NCBI RefSeq assembly: GCF_025567215.1 | Contig: NZ_JAOQKB010000002.1 | Coordinates: 323,000 to 354,999 of the forward strand | Origin: Huintestinicola butyrica | Lineage (GTDB): Bacteria; Bacillota; Clostridia; Oscillospirales; Ruminococcaceae | Length of the DNA stretch: 32,000 nt | Direction: 5' to 3' | Part shown: in pieces, positions 29,286 through 32,000 of the stretch | Position numbering within the stretch: the stretch's first letter is position 1 | How the letters are laid out: every line of letters starts with the position of its first letter | Notes under the pieces: model-generated | What the model was told of the DNA's origin: nothing | Seen by the model: only the letters and a program-made list of their open reading frames with translations | Databases searched by the model: none | Position numbers and translations under genes: made by a program

Positions 29286-29687
29286 TTATTTGCAAGTTTT
29301 AGAAACATAATTACTAACATCTTCTGCCCTGTTATTTTTATTAACTTTGGCAGAAAAAGTTAGAGTATATGTTTCACCTTTTTTTAGACCAGTAGTGGAT
29401 TTAGAAACAGTAAGTTTATCACTATTAGATGATAGATTGCTCCAATTAGCTACAACTGTTCCCTGGCTGTCTGTTAATATAAGATATCCATTTGTAATAC
29501 TTGTTGTTCCATTTGCACCTGTGACTTTAGCATCGCAATAGGCAGTTGTACCGCTAAAAGCCAGCCAAACCGAAACACTGCTAGTATTAGATAATCGAGT
29601 TTCAGCAGCCGAAGCAGTTGTCACCGTACAAAACATTATAATAAGAACCGCAAAAATCGAAATAAAACTTTTGACTTCTTTTTGCAT
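29286..29687 (-). CDS. Small secreted protein, beta-rich, unknown function
   Basis: 133 aa with AAGGAGGA RBS. Signal peptide ending TASA|AE. Ser/Thr/Asn-rich with alternating-pattern beta strands. Two Cys residues (YCDAK and C-terminal KTCK). Confidence 0.7.
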   Translation of the reverse strand: MQKEVKSFISIFAVLIIMFCTVTTASAAETRLSNTSSVSVWLAFSGTTAYCDAKVTGANGTTSITNGYLILTDSQGTVVANWSNLSSNSDKLTVSKSTTGLKKGETYTLTFSAKVNKNNRAEDVSNYVSKTCK

Positions 29688-29760
29688 AAAAATCCTCCTT
29701 TTTACCTGTCTCTATATTAAAAGACGGTTTAAAAATAAAAAAGGCTGCAAAAAAAATTGT

Positions 29761-30459
29761 TTATTTTACATTTTTGGCGATTTTTACTAATTCTTCTTTA
29801 GGCAAATGTGCAAGTACGCTAAATGAGTATCCATCCTTATACCATACAAGAGTATTATAAAAATCGTTATCTTTACTCTCATAATAATGATACTCTATAT
29901 CATTCACTATAAATTTACTGTATGAATTATGCTCGTTATCATAGATAGTGCTTGACCCATCAGCTATACCATAATCAAACATTATTTTATTATCATTTTG
30001 ATCTATATAGGTAAGGGATACAGAAATTCTTGAGTATTCACCATTGGTCAAATAATACCCTTCAGGAAAATATCCTAAACGAATGTTGTTATTAAAATTA
30101 TCAACTGTCAATTCATCACCCCCAAAATCATATTTGTCATAATTTTTAAAAACTGTTTGTATAACATTTTGAACGGCAGCATAAACAGCAGGCTGAGTAA
30201 GAAGTCCACCAAAAACAGCTCCCATTATTGCTGCAGTGGTCACAACTAATTTTACAAAAATATATGTGCATTTTTTTATTCTATCACTTCTGCCTATAGA
30301 ATTTGCCGTTTTCTTATTTTTCCTTTCGAATTCGGCAGAAAATTTATAGTCATCATATTCGTGGTAGTTATCAAGCGCCTGTATTTCCATATTCCAACAA
30401 GTCATAAGAGCATCAGTTAAAATCAAGTCAAATATTTTTTCTTTAGTTTCACTTTTCAT
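29761..30459 (-). CDS. Anti-sigma-factor-like membrane protein with DUF4367-like C-terminal domain
   Basis: 232 aa. It overlaps the sigma gene stop by 11 nt. Cytoplasmic N-region, one TM helix (LVVTTAAIMGAVFGGLL), and an extracytoplasmic domain ending ...LVWYKDGYSFSVLAHLPKEELVKIAKNV, which resembles DUF4367. Confidence 0.7.
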   Translation of the reverse strand: MKSETKEKIFDLILTDALMTCWNMEIQALDNYHEYDDYKFSAEFERKNKKTANSIGRSDRIKKCTYIFVKLVVTTAAIMGAVFGGLLTQPAVYAAVQNVIQTVFKNYDKYDFGGDELTVDNFNNNIRLGYFPEGYYLTNGEYSRISVSLTYIDQNDNKIMFDYGIADGSSTIYDNEHNSYSKFIVNDIEYHYYESKDNDFYNTLVWYKDGYSFSVLAHLPKEELVKIAKNVK

Positions 30460-31006
30460 TATAAAATCCCCCCAAACGTTCCCTCAGCATTTTTCTTCCA
30501 CGATAGATGCGTGATTTTGCCGTATTTTCAGATATATTAAGCCACGAGCAAATTTCATCAATACTATATTCGTATATAAGCTTTAATGTCAACACATCAC
30601 GATATATAACATCAAGACTTAATATTTCCTGCACAAGCCTATTATATCCTATATCCGATAGAATCTTACCTATAATATCATCTGAAACTGGCTCTTGTTC
30701 ATCTATGGGTTCAATCTTATCTATATGCTCCACCTTAAGATTATCCAAAGCTTTATTCCTTACCATAATTATAACAAGTGCTTTTGCCTTTTTCGTTCTT
30801 ACAGCAGGAAAATCTGCAATAATCTTAGCAATTTTAAAAAGGCAGTCCTGAACCGTTTCATTGGCAAGCGCTTCATTATGCGTTATAGACATAGCTGTTT
30901 TGTACATTAGAATACGGTATGTTTTGTATATTTCCGTAAATTTTTCTTTATCATTTGGTTGGTCTATTAGTGCAAGATAAAAGCCTAACATAGTCATCAC
31001 ATCCAA
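30449..31006 (-). CDS. ECF-type sigma-70 family RNA polymerase sigma factor
   Basis: 185 aa. Region 2 reads (F..IY..Y...MY..A.SI..N...A.E.VQD.L.KI). Region 4 is an HTH (L..LIYEYSIDEICSWLNISENTAKSRIYRGRKMLRE). The track start is a TTG at 31006; in-frame ATGs at 30997 and 30991 are alternatives. Confidence 0.85.
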   Translation of the reverse strand: MDVMTMLGFYLALIDQPNDKEKFTEIYKTYRILMYKTAMSITHNEALANETVQDCLFKIAKIIADFPAVRTKKAKALVIIMVRNKALDNLKVEHIDKIEPIDEQEPVSDDIIGKILSDIGYNRLVQEILSLDVIYRDVLTLKLIYEYSIDEICSWLNISENTAKSRIYRGRKMLRERLGGFYNEK

Positions 31007-31049
31007 TATTACTTTTTGATAATCTTTATATATAATATACTATATTTGT

Positions 31050-31093
31050 TTATAAAAAGCAAGAGCACCACCATAAAAAGTGATGCTCCTGCT
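31050..31093 (-). terminator. Intrinsic terminator between the merR remnant and the sigma gene
   Basis: On the minus strand, AGCAGGAGCATCAC (31093-31080) pairs with GTGGTGCTCTTGCT (31071-31058) at 12 of 14 positions. TTTTTATAAA follows. Confidence 0.55.
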
Positions 31094-31189
31094 ATAAAAA
31101 ATGTAAATCAGATATTGTCGAATATAAATTCAAATATAAATATTATATTCGTATTTGTTCAATCCATTGCGGCTTGTTTTATTATATTT

Positions 31190-31297
31190 TTAATGTTCCG
31201 CAAGAATTGTTCTGCTTAGCAGCCCTATTTCATCATAATAATGCAGTGTGCGCACACTGACACCTGTAAGCCTTGCAAATTCACTGATCTTATACAT
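31190..31297 (-). pseudogene. Truncated MerR-family regulator (N-terminal HTH only, 35 codons)
   Basis: Not in the ORF track because it is under 60 aa. AAGGAGAT RBS (31310-31303), ATG at 31297. It encodes MYKISEFARLTGVSVRTLHYYDEIGLL, a textbook MerR wing-helix start, then SRTILAEH and a stop at 31192-31190. The dimerisation helix and effector domain are absent. Confidence 0.75.
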
Positions 31298-31327
31298 GAG
31301 TATCTCCTTTCCTGTCTCCGTAAACTC

Positions 31328-31358
31328 AGTATATACTATGACGCAGCGTCAGTGTCAA
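31328..31358 (-). promoter_or_regulatory. MerR-type promoter with dyad operator in the spacer
   Basis: On the minus strand: TTGACA (31358-31353), then the spacer, then TATACT (31333-31328) with a 19-nt spacer or TATATA (31335-31330) with a 17-nt spacer. The spacer holds the perfect palindrome TGACGC-T-GCGTCA (31351-31339). Confidence 0.6.
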
Positions 31359-31383
31359 GGGGTTTTGAAAAATTTTTTTCAGT

Positions 31384-32000
31384 TCATTTTCCGCAGTATT
31401 TGCTGCCCTGCATGGTATCGTCACGGGCAAGTTTTTTGTCAATCTCGTTCATGACCACAAACTTTTTAAGGCTCCACAGCGGGGCTATCAGAGTGTCCCT
31501 TGCGCCATCACCCGTAACACGCTGGATAATAAGCTCAGGGGGCAAAAGCTCCAGCTGGGCGCAGATGATTTCCACATATTCCTCCAGCGTCAGGGCGGCA
31601 AACTCCCCTCTCAGATATTCCTCCGCCATGGCAGTGCCCCTGATGATGTGCAGCAGGTGGAGCTTTATGCTGTGAAGCTCCAGCTTTGACATCTCGTAAG
31701 CCGATTCGAGCATCATCTCACGGTTTTCCCCGGGGAGGCCGTTTATAAGATGCACGCAGACGTTTATGTCCTTGTCCCGCAGGCGCTTATAGCATTCCAA
31801 AAAGTCATAATATGTGTGACAGCGGTTTATTCTTTCGGCAGTTTTATCGTGAACAGTCTGCAAACCAAGTTCGACTGTAAGATATGTCCGCCTGCTAACA
31901 TCGGCAAGATAGCCCAGAACATCGTCCGAAATGCAGTCGGGACGGGTGGAAATGGCAATGCCGCAGACATTTTCAAGGGTCAGCGCCTCCTCCACCATGG
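31384..32000 (-). CDS. TIGR01212-family radical SAM protein (C-terminal part; gene continues beyond the window)
   Basis: ISTRPDCI, ELGLQT.HD.T...INR.H, IK.HLLH...GT.MA..Y..G.F and LIAPLWS..K blocks match the YhcC/YtqA-type family. The CxxxCxxC cluster motif would lie upstream, outside the window. Confidence 0.8.
   Translation of the reverse strand, partial: MVEEALTLENVCGIAISTRPDCISDDVLGYLADVSRRTYLTVELGLQTVHDKTAERINRCHTYYDFLECYKRLRDKDINVCVHLINGLPGENREMMLESAYEMSKLELHSIKLHLLHIIRGTAMAEEYLRGEFAALTLEEYVEIICAQLELLPPELIIQRVTGDGARDTLIAPLWSLKKFVVMNEIDKKLARDDTMQGSKYCGK

Larger units (their letters stand above)
27215..31215 (-). other. AT-rich ~4-kb block with five co-oriented genes (candidate horizontally acquired island; no mobility genes seen)
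   Basis: There is a sharp composition drop. Hand counts give 18/60 G+C at 28201-28260 versus 29/60 at 26401-26460. Codon usage also shifts to A/T-ending codons. The left edge is the phoR-side terminator. The right edge coincides with the point (~31215) where a MerR-family ORF loses homology. Confidence 0.6.

Noticed and set aside
27215-31215. Calling the AT-rich block a mobile element (transposon, ICE or prophage remnant).
   Set aside because: I could not recognise an integrase, transposase, recombinase, tRNA attachment site, terminal inverted repeats or convincing target-site duplication. The only shared end string is an 8-mer, TATAAATT, which is not significant in AT-rich DNA. It is kept as a compositional island only.

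Overview
Chromosomal window from a moderate-GC Firmicute. Gene content, codon usage and the FTLIELIVV-type pilins look like Clostridia of the Ruminococcus/Oscillospiraceae type, but that is inference only.

The backbone is housekeeping: a membrane-anchored M23 peptidase, rplM-rpsI, a YqeG-type HAD phosphatase, an endonuclease-IV-like TIM-barrel protein, aroQ, an M24 peptidase and efp, an FMN riboswitch with ribU, a DUF4349 lipoprotein, a MetRS-like ligase, azlCD and glgP. There is also a phosphate module: a Na/Pi cotransporter-PhoU fusion, an OmpR-type regulator and a PhoR-like kinase.

Four regions are not ordinary:
1. 2.2-4.5 kb holds three paralogous type IV pilin genes in + - + orientation. 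Their 5' leader and first ~40 codons are almost identical at nucleotide level and mosaic between copies. This creates perfect 119-bp and 86-bp inverted repeats that bracket either the variable 3' halves or the shared promoter region.
2. 13.4-18.8 kb holds a 1022-aa single-pass membrane protein followed by a PASTA-domain Hanks-type kinase homolog. The membrane protein has a tandem-repeat Lys/Ala/Pro/Glu cytoplasmic region and an extracellular TSP3-like plus VWA/MIDAS region. The kinase homolog has replaced the catalytic Lys, the HRD Asp and the DFG Asp, so it is a predicted pseudokinase.
3. 27.2-31.2 kb is an AT-rich ~4-kb block. It carries an ECF sigma factor, a DUF4367 anti-sigma-like protein, a small secreted protein, a secreted M23 peptidase and a lipoprotein.
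4. That block abuts a MerR-family gene that is truncated after codon ~27 but keeps its promoter and dyad operator.

No rRNA, tRNA, CRISPR, transposase or integrase genes were recognised. Everything is read by eye from the sequence and the ORF track; no searches were run.
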